Below, in pieces: positions 61,101 to 64,000 of a stretch of DNA of 64,000 nucleotides. The stretch's first letter is position 1, and each line of letters opens with the position of its first letter. The notes under the pieces were generated by a model that saw only the letters and a program-made list of their open reading frames with translations, did no database searches and was not told the origin of the DNA. This DNA comes from Ranitomeya imitator (taxonomy: Eukaryota): contig NC_091290.1 of NCBI RefSeq assembly GCF_032444005.1, positions 142,786,001 to 142,850,000 on the forward strand, in the 5' to 3' direction. The position numbers and the translations under genes are program-made.

Positions 61101-64000
61101 TGTCAGGACACACAGAGCACCACAGCTATGATAGAAAGGTATCAGGACACACAGAGCATCGCAGCTATGATAGAAAGGTATCAGGACACACAGAGCATCG
61201 CAGCTATGATAGAAAGGTGTCAGGTTATGCAGAGCACCGCAGCTATGATAGAACAGTGTCAGCCTATGCAGAGCATCACAGCTATGATTGAACGGTGTCA
61301 AGCTATGCAGAGCATCACAGCTATGATTGAACGGTGTCAGGCTATGCAGAGCATCGCAGCTATGACAACAGTGTCAGCTTATGCAGAGCATCACAGCTAT
61401 GATAGAAAGGTGTCAGGCTATGCAGAGCATTGCAGCTATGACAGAACGGTGTCAGGCTATGCAGAGCATTGCAGCTATGATAGAAAGATGTCAGGTTATG
61501 CAGAGCACCACAGCTATGATAGAAAGGTGTCAGGACACACAGAGCATCACAGCTATGATAGAAAGGTATCAGGTCACACAGAGCATCGCAGCTATGATAG
61601 AAAGGTGTCAGGACACACAGAGCATCACAGCTATGATAGAAAGGTGTCAGGACACACAGAGCATCGCAGCTATGATAGAAAGGTGTCAGGACACACAGAG
61701 CATCACAGCTATGATAGAAAGGTGTCAGGACACACAGAGCATCGCAGCTATGATAGAAAGGTGTCATATCACACAGAGCATCGCAGCTATGATAGAAAGG
61801 TGTCAGATCACACAGAGCATCGCAGCTATGATAGAAAGGTGTCAGGACACACAGAGCATCGCAGCTATGATAGAAAGGTGTCAGGACACACAGAGCATCA
61901 CAGCTATGATAGAACGGTGTCAGGACACACAGAGCATTACAGCTATGATAGAAAGGTGTCAGGACACACAGAGCATTGCAGCTATGATAGAAAGGTGTCA
62001 GGACACACAGAGCACCACAGCTATGATAGAAAGGTATCAGGACACACAGAGCATCGCAGCTATGATAGAAAGGTATCAGGACACACAGAGCATCGCAGCT
62101 ATGATAGAAAGGTGTCAGGTTATGCAGAGCACCGCAGCTATGATAGAACAGTGTCAGCCTATGCAGAGCATCACAGCTATGATTGAACGGTGTCAAGCTA
62201 TGCAGAGCATCACAGCTATGATTGAACGGTGTCAGGCTATGCAGAGCATCGCAGCTATGACAACAGTGTCAGCTTATGCAGAGCATCACAGCTATGATAG
62301 AAAGGTGTCAGGCTATGCAGAGCATTGCAGCTATGACAGAACGGTGTCAGGCTATGCAGAGCATTGCAGCTATGATAGAAAGATGTCAGGTTATGCAGAG
62401 CACCACAGCTATGATAGAAAGGTGTCAGGACACACAGAGCATCACAGCTATGATAGAAAGGTATCAGGTCACGCAGAGCATCGCAGCTATGATAGAAAGG
62501 TGTCAGGACACACAGAGCATCACAGCTATGATAGAAAGGTGTCAGGACACACAGAGCATCGCAGCTATGATAGAAAGGTGTCAGGTCACACAGAGCATCG
62601 CAGCTATGATAGAAAGGTGTCAGGACACACAGAGCATCGCAGCTATGATAGAAAGGTGTCAGGACACACAGAGCATCACAGCTATGATAGAAAGGTGTCA
62701 GATCACACAGAGCATCGCAGCTATGATAGAAAGGTGTCAGGACACACAGAGCATTGCAGCTATGATAGAAAGGTGTCAGGACACACAGAGCACCACAGCT
62801 ATGATAGAAAGGTGTCAGGTCACGCAGAGCATCACAGCTATGATAGAAAGGTGTCAGGACACACAGAGCATCACAGCTATGATAGAAAGGTGTCAGATCA
62901 CACAGAGCATCACAGCTATGATAGAAAGGTGTCAGGACACACAGAGCATTGCAGCTATGATAGAAAGGTGTCAGGACACACAGAGCACCACAGCTATGAT
63001 AGAAAGGTGTCAGGTCACGCAGAGCATCACAGCTATGATAGAAAGGTGTCAGGACACACAGAGCATCGCAGCTATGATAGAAAGGTGTCATATCACACAG
63101 AGCATCGCAGCTATGATAGAAAGGTGTCAGGACACACAGAGCATCGCAGCTATGATAGAAAGGTGTCATATCACACAGAGCATCGCAGCTATGATAGAAA
63201 GGTATCAAGACACACAGAGCATCGCAGCTATGACAGAAACGTGTCAGATCACACAGAGCATCGCAGCTATGATAGAAAGGTGTCAGGACACACAGAGCAT
63301 CACAGCTATGATAGAAAGGTATCAGGTCACGCAGAGCATCGCAGCTATGATAGAAAGGTGTCAGGACACACAGAGCATCACAGCTATGATAGAAAGGTGT
63401 CAGGACACACAGAGCATCGCAGCTATGATAGAAAGGTGTCAGGTCACACAGAGCATCGCAGCTTTGATAGAAAGGTGTCAGGACACACAGAGCATCGCAG
63501 CTATGATAGAAAGGTGTCAGGACACACAGAGCATCACAGCTATAATAGAAAGGTGTCAGATCACACAGAGCATCTCAGCTATGATAGAAAGGTGTCAGGA
63601 CACACAGAGCATTGCAGCTATGATAGAAAGGTGTCAGGACACACAGAGCACCACAGCTATGATAGAAAGGTGTCAGGTCACGCAGAGCATCACAGCTATG
63701 ATAGAAAGGTGTCAGGACACACAGAGCATCACAGCTATGATAGAAAGGTGTCAGATCACACAGAGCATCACAGCTATGATAGAAAGGTGTCAGGACACAC
63801 AGAGCATTGCAGCTATGATAGAAAGGTGTCAGGACACACAGAGCACCACAGCTATGATAGAAAGGTGTCAGGTCACGCAGAGCATCACAGCTATGATAGA
63901 AAGGTGTCAGGACACACAGAGCATCGCAGCTATGATAGAAAGGTGTCATATCACACAGAGCATCGCAGCTATGATAGAAAGGTGTCAGGACACACAGAGC
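58130..64000 (+). repeat. 39-bp satellite with higher-order blocks; runs off the right edge
   Basis: The unit is cacacagagcatcgcagctatgatagaaaggtgtcagga, about 150 copies in the window. A 37-bp marker unit (gacaacagtgtcag) occurs at 58365, 60001, 61364 and 62259. Confidence 0.98.

Noticed and set aside
58246-63949. Long ORFs (up to 969 aa) in the terminal array
   Set aside because: They reflect the 39-bp unit being a multiple of three. Frames break at each marker unit, and both strands are open.
1-64000. CRISPR array
   Set aside because: All arrays are head-to-tail with no unique spacers, there are no cas genes, and the DNA is eukaryotic with spliced genes.
51860-64000. URI1, the next gene in the human block
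   Set aside because: No recognisable prefoldin-like coding exon was found in the unique sequence of this interval.

Overview
Vertebrate genomic DNA, most likely a frog. The organism call is inferred from the cyclin E1 sequence, the CR1/V-SINE/MITE repeat types and the satellite style. The window carries the gene block syntenic with human 19q12: POP4 (+, 6 coding exons here, first exon upstream of the window), PLEKHF1 (+, single coding exon), C19orf12 (-, 141 aa) and CCNE1 (+, 11 coding exons, 403 aa). Between C19orf12 and CCNE1, head-to-head with CCNE1, lies an intact six-exon gene for a 268-aa BtpA/SgcQ-family TIM-barrel protein, for which I know no counterpart in the human block. All exon boundaries were read by hand; they are GT-AG and phase-consistent. 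Roughly 25 kb (about 40%, from my approximate boundaries) is tandem repeat from at least a dozen distinct families, and these explain nearly all the long ORFs in the track. Mobile elements include a hAT-type fold-back element, a non-autonomous Helitron with a nested V-SINE and an L2 tail, a CR1 3' fragment, a full-length but frameshifted Tc1, and three MITEs. The most interesting observations are the BtpA-like gene, a ~25-copy array of CTCF-like motifs in its intron next to the shared promoter, and an apparent relocation of the N-terminal FBXW7 degron in a divergent cyclin E1. No CRISPR, rRNA or true tRNA genes were found. Reference protein sequences used for comparison were recalled from memory, not searched.
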